Made by a program: the position numbers and the translations under genes. From the IMG/VR virus record IMGVR_UViG_3300023235_000008, positions 166,060 to 230,059 of that record: 64,000 nt of DNA; one strand, given 5' to 3'. This document shows positions 52,251 to 63,409 of this stretch, one piece after another. How positions within the stretch are numbered: position 1 is the stretch's first letter; each line of letters opens with the position of its first letter. The notes below the pieces were generated by a model. The model ran no database searches, was not told the origin of the DNA, and saw only the letters and a program-made list of their open reading frames with translations.

Positions 52251-54542
52251 ATGAATGATCAGCAAGTACAAACCTTATTAAATACATTGAATGGTCTACC
52301 TGACCGCATTGTTAATGCAATGCAATCTGGTGGCACTCCCGGTGGCGGAAGCGGTGCGCCCGGAACACGTGATGGCGATAATGGTGCTGGTAATGCAGCC
52401 GCTGATTTAGAAAAAGCGATGCGTGATGCACAAAAAGGAACCAAGGGGTTACTCGGCGCATTCCATCAAGGCACGAAAGATTTATCACAGGACTTCGACC
52501 AGCTTGGGTCTAGCATGGATAGCGCATCATCGGCGATGGCTGACGGTTCCGGTGCGATCACCGCATCGTATAAAGCCATAACATCAACGGGTGGTGCGGT
52601 TGCATCATCGCTTTCGACAATGAAAGACGGTTTTATTGAAAATACCGAAATGGGTAGAAGGTTTGGTGAAAGACTAAAGGACAGCGATGGTAAATTAACT
52701 GGTTTTGGTAAGAGTTTAAAAGTCGCATCGATTGGTCTAACGCTTCTTTCTGGTATAGTCGGTTTTGTTGTTAGTCAACTTGGTGGAACATATGATGCAT
52801 TCAGAGATATGTCGTCGGCAGGTGCTACTTTCGGATCGTCGCTTTTGGGATTACGAGAAAGCGCAACCGCTAGTGGTCTTGGACTTAAAGAATTCACCAA
52901 ATATGTAACAACTAACGTTAAAGTATTGACACAACTAGGCGGAAGTGCATCGGGCGGCGCAAAGGCACTGGCAGAAGTTGGTAAAGAGATAAGAGATCAG
53001 GGTCTTACTCAATCATTTCGGGCAATGGGTATTAGTGCTAAAGAACAGTTAGAGGTATCGCAGGATTATATGCGTGTTGTTCAGATGACGGGATATTCAC
53101 AATCCCATTCTACTGCCGATGTTGCTAAGAAAAGTTTAGATTATGCCAAATCTTTGAAAATGCTAGGTGAACTAACGGGGGAGTCTGTCGAGGAACAGCG
53201 TAAAAACCAAGAAGCCCTTGCTATGGATACCGCATTCCGTGCTAAAATGCGGGGGATGAGTGCAGATGAAATCGCCAACTTTAAAGCGATGGAAGCGACC
53301 ATGAAAGCACAATTCGGCGACGTGGGTTCGCAAATGGCGAAGGAAATCATCGTTACAGGTAACGTTGCGAGTGAGGCAACTGCAACATTAGCAGCATTTT
53401 CGCCAGCTGCGACCCAACTTATGGATACGATGATGGCATCGCAAGGAAAAACTGCTAAAGAGTTTGCAGCGGCAATGCCGGGAATATTAAAAGGCATCGA
53501 AGGACAACTAAAAGAAGACCTTGATAATATGGCTGAGACTGCGATGCTAACAATTTACGGAAAAGAAGGTCCGATGGGAACACTTGATAAAATCTTTGTT
53601 CCTATGTCGGATGCTGCCGAAAGATTATCTAAAATGTCAGTTGAACAACTGGCAGAATCTAATGCTAATCTTGGAAAAGGCGGAGCGGCAATGGATGCAG
53701 CCGTAAAGGCGGCTGAAGCATTTGAAAAATTAATGGTTAAATTGCGTGAAGTTGGAACGGAGCTTTTTGAAAAAATATTCACCGCCGATAATGTTAGTGG
53801 TATGATTAGCTTCATTGATGGTATAAAGAATTTTGAACTAGGGTCTTGGGCTAAACTAATAACCGCTGTTGGAGTTCTTGGTGCTGCCTTTGTTGGATTG
53901 CCGATGATAATTTCAGGCATGGCGGCTAAAGCTATGATGGGCGGAATGGGCGGCGGAATGGGCGGCAGAATGGGCGGTCGTGGTAAATTTGGTAAACTTA
54001 AAAGTTTAGCAAAGGGTGCTTTTGGTCTTGGTCGTGCTGTCCTTGGAGGAACTGCTGCCGCTGGTGCTGCCGGTGCTGCTGGTGCTGCGGGGGCGGGTGC
54101 CGCTGGTGCCGGTGCTGGTGCCGGTGCTGGTGCTGCTGGTGCTGCGGCTAAAATAATAGGTGGCAAAATGCTTGCCAAAATCATACCGGGCGCCGCCGCT
54201 GCTTTTGCCATAAAAGACTTCATGGAAGGTGACTACACCGGGGCATTGCTAAACACTGCTGCCGCTGGTGCTAGTTTCATTCCCGGTGTAGGTACTGCGG
54301 CTGCACTCGGATTATCTGGTATTGATGCTATTCGAGAATCATTTTTCAATGACGATGAGGGTGCAGCAATCGCCGAGCAAAAGAAGGTGGCTGAAAACCA
54401 ATTGATAAGTCAATCTGCCCAAGAAAACTCACAGATGGATGTGCCTACCTTGATGGCCAAGTTGGTGACAATCCAAGAGGCAACTCTGCGACTACAACGT
54501 GAAGCCACCGACCACTTAGAAAATATCAAAAACGAGGTCTAA
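52251..54542 (+). CDS. Tape-measure-like protein
   Basis: Ala/Gly-rich and helical; GA low-complexity tract near 54055-54145; divergent from the chaperone gene. Confidence 0.65.
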   Translation: MNDQQVQTLLNTLNGLPDRIVNAMQSGGTPGGGSGAPGTRDGDNGAGNAAADLEKAMRDAQKGTKGLLGAFHQGTKDLSQDFDQLGSSMDSASSAMADGSGAITASYKAITSTGGAVASSLSTMKDGFIENTEMGRRFGERLKDSDGKLTGFGKSLKVASIGLTLLSGIVGFVVSQLGGTYDAFRDMSSAGATFGSSLLGLRESATASGLGLKEFTKYVTTNVKVLTQLGGSASGGAKALAEVGKEIRDQGLTQSFRAMGISAKEQLEVSQDYMRVVQMTGYSQSHSTADVAKKSLDYAKSLKMLGELTGESVEEQRKNQEALAMDTAFRAKMRGMSADEIANFKAMEATMKAQFGDVGSQMAKEIIVTGNVASEATATLAAFSPAATQLMDTMMASQGKTAKEFAAAMPGILKGIEGQLKEDLDNMAETAMLTIYGKEGPMGTLDKIFVPMSDAAERLSKMSVEQLAESNANLGKGGAAMDAAVKAAEAFEKLMVKLREVGTELFEKIFTADNVSGMISFIDGIKNFELGSWAKLITAVGVLGAAFVGLPMIISGMAAKAMMGGMGGGMGGRMGGRGKFGKLKSLAKGAFGLGRAVLGGTAAAGAAGAAGAAGAGAAGAGAGAGAGAAGAAAKIIGGKMLAKIIPGAAAAFAIKDFMEGDYTGALLNTAAAGASFIPGVGTAAALGLSGIDAIRESFFNDDEGAAIAEQKKVAENQLISQSAQENSQMDVPTLMAKLVTIQEATLRLQREATDHLENIKNEV

Positions 54543-54574
54543 ACATATAAATAACCCTATAGATAGGAAACAAT

Positions 54575-57517
54575 ATGAGTTGGCGTAAACACTTTAGAAC
54601 AGCAAATGCAAGCCCCCTTACTAATAATAGTCGGGGCAATGATTCATTTTCGCATAACAACTGGGCTTCCCAGTTACCAGAGGTTTATATTGGTCACCCA
54701 AATAGGGTCGAGCGATATGCCCAATATGAGAATATGGATAACGACAGTGAAGTAAACGCCGCACTGGATATTATCGCCGAGTTTTGTACACAAAAGAATG
54801 GTGATAACGGAACAGGGTTCGATATTCATTTTTATGAAGAAGCAACAGATTCTGAAATCAAGATTCTAAAAGAAGCCCTTATTAACTGGTGGAAAATTAA
54901 TAAATTCGAAACACGTTTGTTTAAAGCATTCCGTAATACTATTAAATATGGCGATCAAGTCTTTATCCGTGACCCCGATACACTAGAATGGTTCTGGGTT
55001 AATATGGAAGATGTCATTAAAGTAATCGTTAATGAAGGCGAAGGCAAAGCACCCGAGCAATACGTGGTTAGAAACATCAATCCAAACTTCGAAAGCTTAA
55101 CAGCAACGCAACGAACACACCAAGATCAAGTAGCTGGACAGACATCAAGCGGAACATCCGTTAATCAAAGCTACCAACAATCAAGTGCAGCAAATGGTAG
55201 CAGTGGTGGATCACGATTTGAAAATCAAATCAATGAATTCGCAGTCGATGCTGAACATATTGTTCATTGTTCACTAACCGAAGGCATGGATGTATCTTGG
55301 CCATTTGGTAATAGTATTTTGGAACGTATTTTCAAGGTATATAAACAAAAAGAACTACTAGAAGACGCACTTCTTATCTATCGTATCCAACGTGCACCTG
55401 AACGCCGAGTATTCAAAGTAGATGTTGGTAATATGCCATCACATATGGCTATGGCGTTTGTTGAGCGTGTGAAAAACGAAATTCACCAGAAGCGTCTGCC
55501 GTCACAAAGCGGTGGAAACAATATGATGGATGCTACATATAATCCACTATGTTTAGATTTGAGTACCAGAATTCCGTTATTGGATGGTAGGACGCTATCA
55601 CTTAATCATATTATTGATGAATTTAATGAAGGTAAGGAAAATTGGGTTTATTCTACTAATCCAGAAAATGGCGAAATAGTTCCCGGTCCAGTATCATGGG
55701 CTGGTATTACCAGAGAGAATGCGGAAGTAGTTAAATTAACTTTTGATAACGGCGAGACATTGACATGTACCCCCGATCATAAAATTCCAGTATTAGGAAA
55801 AGGATTTGTTAGTGCATCCGAACTAACTGCCGATGATAGTTTAATTTCACATAATACACAACAAACACCCATTACGACTGGAAAAAAACATAAAGATAAA
55901 ACATATACACAGGTGTTTGATCATAACAAGAAAAACTGGATTTATGTTCATAGAATGGTTGCTAATTTTATGAAGAATAAAACTCTTCATGAAGAGTTTA
56001 CATACTTGGACGAAAATATAAATTTATCTAAAAATACCATTCATCATAAGGATTATACAAGAAATAACAATAATCCAAGTAACTTATGCTTTATGAATAA
56101 AGAAGATCATATTAAGTTTCATAGTGAAAATAATTTCTGGAATGTTGTGTCAGATGCCGAGGCAGCACGTATCAAAAATAAGATATCTATTAAAACCAAA
56201 CGTAACTGGGATAATATGAATTCTATTGATAAAGCTGTGGCAGTTAATGATATGCGAACTATTCAACAGAAAGCAGTATGGATGCGCAAAAATGATCCTG
56301 AAACTAAGGCATCTTATGCCAAAAATATGTCTGCATCTCAAAAAATACGCATGAAAGAAAATCCAAAGGCATTAGCGCAATTACTCAAAAATGCTGAAAA
56401 TAGAGTTCCGTTTAATAATCAAGAGATGGTTTTAACACAGCAAATGTTAGGCAGAGTTGTTAGTATTATAGTAAAAAATAATACCACCACAAAAACTGAA
56501 GTTTTAAAGTTATGCGATGCTGATTCCATATTAATGAATATGTTTAGAGATGCTAATCCCAAAACAAAAAGATTATGTAAAATTGATTTTGACAAATGGG
56601 GATATAGTAAAATGGACAAACTTATAACCCAAGAAGGTTATAGTAATTGGAAAGATTTTACTAAAAAAGTTAGTCAATATAACCATAAAGTAGTGTCAAT
56701 TGAGTATTTGGAAGAGACAATGGATGTTGGCACGATTACAGTTGATGGACTAGAAGAATATCATAACTATCATACTTTTGCTATTGATGCCGGAATATAT
56801 GTTAAGAATTCAACAAATGAAGATTATTTCTTCCCCGTAACATCGGATGGTCGTGGTTCATCGGTTGATGTTCTACCGGGTGGACAAAATCTCGGTGAAA
56901 TTAATGATTTGCTTTACTTTAATAATAAATTATTGCGTGGATTACGTATACCGTCATCATATCTACCTACGGGACCAGACGAAGGTTCGCAAACATACAA
57001 TGATGGTCGTATGGGAACCGCATTGATTCAAGAAAAGACGTTCAATGACTACTGTATTCGTCTTCAAAATATGCTTGCACCATCATTTGACCAAGAGTTT
57101 AAGGTATTTTTACAAGAACGTGGATACAATATTGATAACTCAATCTTTGATTTACGTTTCAATGAACCACAAAACTTCTCAGCGTATCGTGAAGTAGAAG
57201 TAGATAGCAACCGTATCGGAACATTTACACAGCTTCTTGAAGTGCAGGGAATGTCATTGCGTTTCTTACAAAAGCGTTATCTTGGTCTTTCAGAAGAAGA
57301 AATGCAAGAAAATGACCGTATGTGGCGTGAAGAAAACGTCGAGTCTGAAGCAACACCTGTAACTGGCGACAGTATGCGTGGGCTTGGTATGAGTCCGGGT
57401 GGATTTAATGCTGATATGGACATTGCAGACCCTGATCAACCAGACTTTGGCGGTGATGAAATGGGCGAGATGGGTGGACCAGAAGGCGACGACATGGATG
57501 CTGACCTAGAATTGTAA
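54575..57517 (+). CDS. gp20: Portal protein with intein
   Basis: LLEDALLIYRIQRAPERRVFKVDVGNMP, EDYFFP, LPGGQNLGEI. Confidence 0.9.
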   Translation: MSWRKHFRTANASPLTNNSRGNDSFSHNNWASQLPEVYIGHPNRVERYAQYENMDNDSEVNAALDIIAEFCTQKNGDNGTGFDIHFYEEATDSEIKILKEALINWWKINKFETRLFKAFRNTIKYGDQVFIRDPDTLEWFWVNMEDVIKVIVNEGEGKAPEQYVVRNINPNFESLTATQRTHQDQVAGQTSSGTSVNQSYQQSSAANGSSGGSRFENQINEFAVDAEHIVHCSLTEGMDVSWPFGNSILERIFKVYKQKELLEDALLIYRIQRAPERRVFKVDVGNMPSHMAMAFVERVKNEIHQKRLPSQSGGNNMMDATYNPLCLDLSTRIPLLDGRTLSLNHIIDEFNEGKENWVYSTNPENGEIVPGPVSWAGITRENAEVVKLTFDNGETLTCTPDHKIPVLGKGFVSASELTADDSLISHNTQQTPITTGKKHKDKTYTQVFDHNKKNWIYVHRMVANFMKNKTLHEEFTYLDENINLSKNTIHHKDYTRNNNNPSNLCFMNKEDHIKFHSENNFWNVVSDAEAARIKNKISIKTKRNWDNMNSIDKAVAVNDMRTIQQKAVWMRKNDPETKASYAKNMSASQKIRMKENPKALAQLLKNAENRVPFNNQEMVLTQQMLGRVVSIIVKNNTTTKTEVLKLCDADSILMNMFRDANPKTKRLCKIDFDKWGYSKMDKLITQEGYSNWKDFTKKVSQYNHKVVSIEYLEETMDVGTITVDGLEEYHNYHTFAIDAGIYVKNSTNEDYFFPVTSDGRGSSVDVLPGGQNLGEINDLLYFNNKLLRGLRIPSSYLPTGPDEGSQTYNDGRMGTALIQEKTFNDYCIRLQNMLAPSFDQEFKVFLQERGYNIDNSIFDLRFNEPQNFSAYREVEVDSNRIGTFTQLLEVQGMSLRFLQKRYLGLSEEEMQENDRMWREENVESEATPVTGDSMRGLGMSPGGFNADMDIADPDQPDFGGDEMGEMGGPEGDDMDADLEL
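55550..56809 (+). mobile_element. Intein (420 aa) with HNH-type endonuclease
   Basis: C1 (CLDLSTRIPL), CTPDHK, HRMVA..IHHKD..NNPSNL, ends VKN|S. Confidence 0.85.
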
Positions 57518-57548
57518 TCTTTGATAAATAAAAGAAAGGGGATTACCG

Positions 57549-57779
57549 ATGCAGTTGCACGAAGTTTTTTCAAGAACAGATGATAATGAAGATTACCGTG
57601 ACGATGCGGAGGACGGATCACGTCGAAAGAAAAGTGATACCCGTAAGACTCGTTTAACCCTTTCACATATTAATAAACTTCGCATTATGAATGATACGCG
57701 AACACTCGAACAAGAAGAAAAAATAAAACAAGTCCAACAACAATATAAGAAACCAGTCGAAGACTCCGCTGGATTGTAA
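57549..57779 (+). CDS. Prohead core protein (gp68-like)
   Basis: DTRKTRLTLSHINKLR. Confidence 0.65.
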   Translation: MQLHEVFSRTDDNEDYRDDAEDGSRRKKSDTRKTRLTLSHINKLRIMNDTRTLEQEEKIKQVQQQYKKPVEDSAGL

Positions 57780-57893
57780 ATTTACTCCAAAATCACGTTT
57801 TTTGGGGCTTTTGATAAATAAATATACGGTTAATAGTAAATACCTGTATAGAAGAAGCCCTATTATAAAAACCTTAAAGGAGTTTAAATTATT

Positions 57894-58784
57894 ATGAGCA
57901 AGTTTGAAAAATTAATTGAATACGTTGTGAACGAAGACATGGAAAAAGCCCGTGCGCTTTTCCACGATCTATGCGTAGAAAAATCCCGTGACATTTATGA
58001 GAATCTTCTCGATGAAGAAGACCTTGATGAAGCTGAAGAAGCTGACGAAGAAGTTACTGAATCAGATGATGAAGACGAAGATGATAAAGAAGAAGTAGAA
58101 GAATCTTTTATGGACGAAGATTCTGACAATCTTCCTGTTGACCAATTCATTGATGATATCGAAGCTGATGAAGCTGGTATGTCAATGGAAGGCGAAGACG
58201 ATTTCGGCGATGACGAAGCAACATTCGGCGATGACGAAATGGGCGGCGAAGATGATATTGAAGATCGTATCGTAGACGTTGAAGACGCACTTGACGAACT
58301 AGAAGCAAAATTTAACGAGATTGTTGATGGTGGCGAATATGGCGACGACGAAGGCGACGATATGGGAATGGAATTCGGCGACGATGAAGACGGTATGGGC
58401 GACGAAGATTTCGGTGACGAAGAAAGTGGCGAAATGGATTTTGATTCTGAAGAAGATGATGATGAAATGGAAGAAACATTTGTTCGTGAATACACAGAAA
58501 AAGTTGACACACCTTCTAATAGTGCTCGTGAAGTTGGTACAGGCAAAGGCATCACTGTTAATAACAAAGATGTTGTAGCTAAAAAGCGTGAAAAAGGTTC
58601 AATCGACATTGGACGTGGTAGCAAGACGGAAGGTTCTAAGCCATCAGTAGGTAAATATGCTGACGGAATGGACCCACGTGCTGTTGGCAAGAAAAATGGC
58701 GACGGTCCAAAAACCGCTGCACCAGCAACAAAAAGCGAAGACCCCGGCAAAGGCAAGGGTCCAGTAGCTAAGAGTCACAAGTAA
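57894..58784 (+). CDS. Acidic prohead core protein (gp67-like)
   Basis: Extremely D/E-rich; between portal and protease. Confidence 0.7.
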   Translation: MSKFEKLIEYVVNEDMEKARALFHDLCVEKSRDIYENLLDEEDLDEAEEADEEVTESDDEDEDDKEEVEESFMDEDSDNLPVDQFIDDIEADEAGMSMEGEDDFGDDEATFGDDEMGGEDDIEDRIVDVEDALDELEAKFNEIVDGGEYGDDEGDDMGMEFGDDEDGMGDEDFGDEESGEMDFDSEEDDDEMEETFVREYTEKVDTPSNSAREVGTGKGITVNNKDVVAKKREKGSIDIGRGSKTEGSKPSVGKYADGMDPRAVGKKNGDGPKTAAPATKSEDPGKGKGPVAKSHK

Positions 58785-58814
58785 AAGACTCCTAACGGAG
58801 AGGAAAAATATAGA

Positions 58815-59450
58815 ATGGCTTCTTATTTGAGAGAAAACCTTACCTTCAAACAAGCGCAGATCGTCGTTGAAACTGCGAATGAAGGTAAGGAACTCTTTAT
58901 GAAAGGTATATGTATTCAAGGCGATCAACTGAACGCTAATAAACGTGTATACCCGACTAACGAGATTTCCGGTGCTGTAGTACAGATCACCGAAAGATTA
59001 AAGCAAGGTGAATCAGTTCTTGGCGAAGTAGACCATCCTGATGACCTGCAAGTTAACCTAGACCGAGTGTCCCACATGATTGAATCAATGTGGATGGAAG
59101 GCAACGATGGTTACGGTAAACTAAAAATTATTCCTACTCCAATGGGCAAGCTTGTCCAAACAATGTTGGAGTCAGGGGTTAAATTGGGCGTTTCATCCAG
59201 AGGTTCTGGAAACGTTAACGAAAGCGACGGAAAAGTTTCTGACTTCGAAATCGTAACCGTTGATGTTGTTGCCCAACCAAGCGCACCAGATGCATATCCA
59301 ACAGCTATCTACGAAGGGCTAATGAATATGCGAGGTGGACACAGAGTTCTGGAAATCGCCAAAGCTACCGGCGAAGATCAAAAAGTCCAGAAATATCTAA
59401 AAGAAGGCGTTCTGCGCCTTATCAAAGACCTAAAACTAGGAGACAAATAA
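58815..59450 (+). CDS. gp21: Prohead protease
   Basis: GEVDHP, VSH, LGVSSRGSG, D.V..PSAP.AY. Confidence 0.9.
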   Translation: MASYLRENLTFKQAQIVVETANEGKELFMKGICIQGDQLNANKRVYPTNEISGAVVQITERLKQGESVLGEVDHPDDLQVNLDRVSHMIESMWMEGNDGYGKLKIIPTPMGKLVQTMLESGVKLGVSSRGSGNVNESDGKVSDFEIVTVDVVAQPSAPDAYPTAIYEGLMNMRGGHRVLEIAKATGEDQKVQKYLKEGVLRLIKDLKLGDK

Positions 59451-60545
59451 ATGTTTGAGGCTCTAAAACCATTACTAGAAAGTGATATCGTCAATGAAGA
59501 AACTCGCCAAGCAATTCAAGAAGCTTGGGAACAAAAGGTTGGTGAAATTACTGAGCAAAATAAAGCGGAACTCCGTGAAGAATTTGCTCAAAAGTATCAG
59601 CACGATAAGTCTGTAATGGTTGAAGCTCTTGACACAATGGTAACTGAAAGTCTTAACGATGAATTAAAACAAATCGTTAAAGAAAAGAAGGCTCTATCCG
59701 AAGACCGTGTACGTTTCGCCAGTAAAATGACGGAATCTGCAAAGCGTTTTGACCAGTTCATGGTTTCTAAACTAGCTGAAGAAATTAAAGAACTACGTTC
59801 AGACCGAAAGGTTCAAGTGGAAGCACTCGCTAAATTCGAAGACTTTATGGTTCAAGCACTAGCTGAAGAAATTGAAGAATTCCAAGTTGATAAAAAAGAC
59901 CTAGCTGAAACAAAAGTTAAACTAGTTTCAGAAGCTAAGTCAAAAATGAAATCAATGCAAAAAGAATTCATCAAGCGTTCAGCGAAATTGGTTGAAACCG
60001 CAGTTTCCAAAAATCTTACACGTGAATTATCACAGTTGAAAGAAGATATCCAAGCTTCACGCAAGAACGATTTCGGTCGCCGCTTGTTCGAAGCCTTTGC
60101 TACCGAATTCGGTGCATCGCATCTTAATACAAATGTGGAAATGAAAAAGCTCGAAAAGAAACTAGCAGAAAAAGAAGCAATGATCAGTGAATCAACTGAA
60201 AAAGCTTCAAAAACTGCTCGCCTACTAGAAAGCAAAGATCGTGAACTACGTTTAACACAAGATCGTATCGAACGTAGTAAGGTTTTGTCAGAACTTTTAC
60301 AACCATTAAATCGAGACAAAGCAAATGCTATGAAAAGCCTACTTGAGTCAGTTGACACAGGTAAACTTAGAACAGCATTCGATAAATATCTACCAGCCCT
60401 ACTTAACGAAACACGTAAACCTAAAGCTAAAACGCTTAACGAAAGTTCACAAGTTCGAGAAGTAACCGGGGATAAAAAACAAAAAGCGCCAGAAGCAGAC
60501 GTTGTTGAATTAGACAGCATCCGTAAACTGGCAGGCATTAACTAA
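59451..60545 (+). CDS. gp22: Prohead scaffold protein
   Basis: Coiled coil between gp21 and gp23. Confidence 0.85.
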   Translation: MFEALKPLLESDIVNEETRQAIQEAWEQKVGEITEQNKAELREEFAQKYQHDKSVMVEALDTMVTESLNDELKQIVKEKKALSEDRVRFASKMTESAKRFDQFMVSKLAEEIKELRSDRKVQVEALAKFEDFMVQALAEEIEEFQVDKKDLAETKVKLVSEAKSKMKSMQKEFIKRSAKLVETAVSKNLTRELSQLKEDIQASRKNDFGRRLFEAFATEFGASHLNTNVEMKKLEKKLAEKEAMISESTEKASKTARLLESKDRELRLTQDRIERSKVLSELLQPLNRDKANAMKSLLESVDTGKLRTAFDKYLPALLNETRKPKAKTLNESSQVREVTGDKKQKAPEADVVELDSIRKLAGIN

Positions 60546-60558
60546 CAGGAGACAAAAA

Positions 60559-61752
60559 ATGTCACAGCCACTATTAGAAAGCCGTTGGAACGAGACAAAA
60601 GGCACGTTGCTTGAAGGTCTTGACGGAACAGCACGCAAGAATATGTCAATGATTCTTGAAAATACAAAAAAGCAGCTTCTTAACGAAACTGCAACAGTGG
60701 GCGGAACAGCCCATGGTAACATCGCAACACTAAACCGTGTGATCCTTCCGGTCATTCGTCGTGTGATGCCAACCGTTATCGCTAACGAACTTGTAGGCGT
60801 TCAGCCAATGCAAGGTCCAGTAGCACAAATTCACACGCTACGTGTACGTTATGCTGACACAGTTACTTCAACTGGTTCAACAGGCGCAACAGCTGGTGAA
60901 GAAGCACTATCACCATTCAAAATTGCAACCGCTTATTCTGGTGCAGATACGACTACAGATGCGAACAACGCTGGACGTGCAGCTAATACTGCTACTCTAG
61001 AAGGTGATCCGGGTCAGCGTATGTCTATCCAAATCATGAAGCAGCCTGTTGAAGCTAAAACTCGTAAGCTTGCAGCACGTTGGACTTTTGAAGCAGCTCA
61101 AGACGCAGATGCAATGCATGGTATCGATATCGAAGCAGAAGTAATGGCAGCACTTGCTCAAGAAATTACTTCAGAAATCGATCAAGAAATCATTTCTTCG
61201 CTTCGTGCACTAGCAGCAACAGAATACACATATAACCAAGCGGCAGTGTCCGGTACAGCAACTTATGTTGGTGACGAACACGCAGCTCTTGCAGTTCTTA
61301 TTAACCGTATGGCTAACAAGATCGGTCAGCGCACACGTCGTGGTCTAGGTAACTGGGCAGTCGTTTCCCCAGAAATGCTTACAGTTCTTCAAAGCGCAAG
61401 CACATCAGCTTTCGCTCGTACAACTGAAGGTACTTTCGAAGGTCCAACTAACCAGAAATTCGTTGGTACGCTTAACAGCACAATGAAAATCTACGTAGAC
61501 ACATATGCAGCAGATACTACACCAGTTCTTGTTGGATATAAAGGTTCTTCTGAAGCAGATGCAGCAGCATTCTATTGCCCGTATATTCCTCTTATGAGTT
61601 CTGGTACAGTTCTAGACCCAAGCACATTCGAACCAGTAGTTAGCTTTATGACAAGATACGGATATGTGGAATTAACGAACTCTTCCAGTAGCTTTGGTAA
61701 TGCTGGCGATTATTTGGGCGAAATTGCCGTAAGTAATATTTCGTTTAGCTAA
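60559..61752 (+). CDS. gp23: Major capsid protein
   Basis: VGVQPMQGP, A.TRKL.ARWTFE.AQD, FYCPYIPL, TRYG. Confidence 0.95.
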   Translation: MSQPLLESRWNETKGTLLEGLDGTARKNMSMILENTKKQLLNETATVGGTAHGNIATLNRVILPVIRRVMPTVIANELVGVQPMQGPVAQIHTLRVRYADTVTSTGSTGATAGEEALSPFKIATAYSGADTTTDANNAGRAANTATLEGDPGQRMSIQIMKQPVEAKTRKLAARWTFEAAQDADAMHGIDIEAEVMAALAQEITSEIDQEIISSLRALAATEYTYNQAAVSGTATYVGDEHAALAVLINRMANKIGQRTRRGLGNWAVVSPEMLTVLQSASTSAFARTTEGTFEGPTNQKFVGTLNSTMKIYVDTYAADTTPVLVGYKGSSEADAAAFYCPYIPLMSSGTVLDPSTFEPVVSFMTRYGYVELTNSSSSFGNAGDYLGEIAVSNISFS

Positions 61753-61804
61753 GGCTATACGCAATAAAGTTACGCAGTTTTACTTAGATAAGACACAAAA
61801 GATT

Positions 61805-61834
61805 AGGGAGAGCCTTCGGGTTCTCCCTTTTTTT
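61805..61834 (+). terminator. Intrinsic terminator after gp23
   Basis: AGGGAGAGCC-TTCG-GGTTCTCCC followed by a T7 run. Confidence 0.85.
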
Positions 61835-61895
61835 ATATAGATTTTTATATCCACCTGCGTTATAATGATAAATAAGTATATAACAAAGGAATATA

Positions 61896-62687
61896 ATGAA
61901 ACATTTTATCTATAAGACAACACATACAAACGGCAAATACTACATTGGTAGACATTCAACAAACAATATAGAAGACGGCTACTTAGGATCAGGTAAATGG
62001 GTCAGGGGCATCATTGATAAGTCTTCTTTATCCCGTGAAGTAATTCAGGAATACGATACCTTTGAAGACCTCATAGACGCAGAAGAGCAGTTTCTTATAG
62101 AACACATCCATAATCCCCAATGTATGAATATGACTGCACAATCTATCGGTTTCGTCACTGGTGGCAACAACCCTATGAAGGACCCTGATATAGCATCTAA
62201 AATATCAGGAGATAATCATTATTCAAGAACTAATCCCGAAAAAGTATCTCGTGGCGACAAACACTGGATGAATACCAATCCAGAAGCACGAGATACTTTC
62301 GTTGATAATCACCCTATGAAAACAGATGATAACAGGCAAAGGCAATCTGTGCGTAGAACGCAACGAAACTATGATAATAATCCTTCTGTGAAAAGTGCCA
62401 AAGAAGGTAAACATCATTGGCAGAATGGTAAGTCCCCGAATGCTGGTGGTAAGTTGAATAAAAAGTTGATTGAAGAAGGTCGGCATAACTTCCAAGGACC
62501 TGAGCATAATCGCCGCATGATTGAAGAAGGTAAAAATCCATGGGTGGGTGCTACACAAAATGAAAAGATGTTATCTACTGGAACTCATCCATCACAAACA
62601 AGATTAGTGTGTGAGCATTGTGGTTTAGAAACTGCTAAGGGTATGTACGCACGTTGGCACGGCGATAACTGTAAGACAAAAACATAA
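61896..62687 (+). mobile_element. GIY-YIG homing endonuclease (Seg-like)
   Basis: FIYKT..YYIGRH..DGYLGSG; NUMOD-like repeats; C-terminal CEHC..HGDNC. Confidence 0.8.
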
Positions 62688-62691
62688 ACGA

Positions 62692-62720
62692 TTGACAATC
62701 CTTAACCTATAGTGTATGTT
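62692..62720 (+). promoter_or_regulatory. sigma70 promoter (leaderless) of the repeat-gene array
   Basis: TTGACA-17-TATGTT; ATG at 62727. Confidence 0.6.
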
Positions 62721-62726
62721 ATTTAA

Positions 62727-63008
62727 ATGATACAGAACATTTATCCAGATGGAATGCATACCGATGCTGCAAATGGCAACAAACAATGGTTCTCTAATGG
62801 CAAACGACATAGAGAAGATGGCCCTGCCCTTGAATATGCAAATGGCAACAAATATTGGTACTTTAATGGCAAACTACATAGAGAAGATGGCCCTGCTATT
62901 GAATTTACAAATGGCACCAAAGTTTGGTACTTAAATGGCAACCTAGTAAACATGGGAGATGTTATCACTGATCCAAAAGATCAATTCTGGTGGAATATGA
63001 AATCATGA
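62727..63008 (+). CDS. HRxDGPA (MORN-like) repeat protein A, 2 repeats
   Basis: WxxNGxxHREDGPA twice; C-cap VITDPKDQFWW. Confidence 0.8.
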   Translation: MIQNIYPDGMHTDAANGNKQWFSNGKRHREDGPALEYANGNKYWYFNGKLHREDGPAIEFTNGTKVWYLNGNLVNMGDVITDPKDQFWWNMKS

Positions 63009-63409
63009 GAAAAGATGGAATGCATACCAATGAATTTGGTAACAAAGAATGGTATTTGAATGGCGAACGTCATAGAGAAGATGGTCCTGCTATTGAATAT
63101 GCATATGGCGAGAATTTTTGGTACTTGAATGGCAACCTTCATAGAACTGATGGCCCTGCCATTGAAAATTCAAATGGCGACAAATTATGGTACTTGAATG
63201 GTGAACGACATAGAACTGATGGTCCTGCCGTTGAATTTGCAGATGGCGACAAATTTTGGTACTTGAATGGTGATCTTCACCGAGAAGACGGACCAGCTAT
63301 TGAAAGCGCAAATGGCGACAAATTTTGGTACTTTAATGGCAAAGAAGTAAGAATGCAAGATGTTATCACCGATCCAAAAGAACAATTTTGGTGGAATATG
63401 AAATCATGA
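63005..63409 (+). CDS. HRxDGPA repeat protein B, 4 repeats
   Basis: ATGA overlap; same caps. Confidence 0.8.
   Translation: MRKDGMHTNEFGNKEWYLNGERHREDGPAIEYAYGENFWYLNGNLHRTDGPAIENSNGDKLWYLNGERHRTDGPAVEFADGDKFWYLNGDLHREDGPAIESANGDKFWYFNGKEVRMQDVITDPKEQFWWNMKS

Noticed and set aside
53555-60538. Long antisense ORFs (53555-54223, 57995-58756, 59852-60538; also 9757-10302 and 32957-33742)
   Set aside because: Shadows of biased codon usage in genes on the opposite strand; no RBS, low-complexity products
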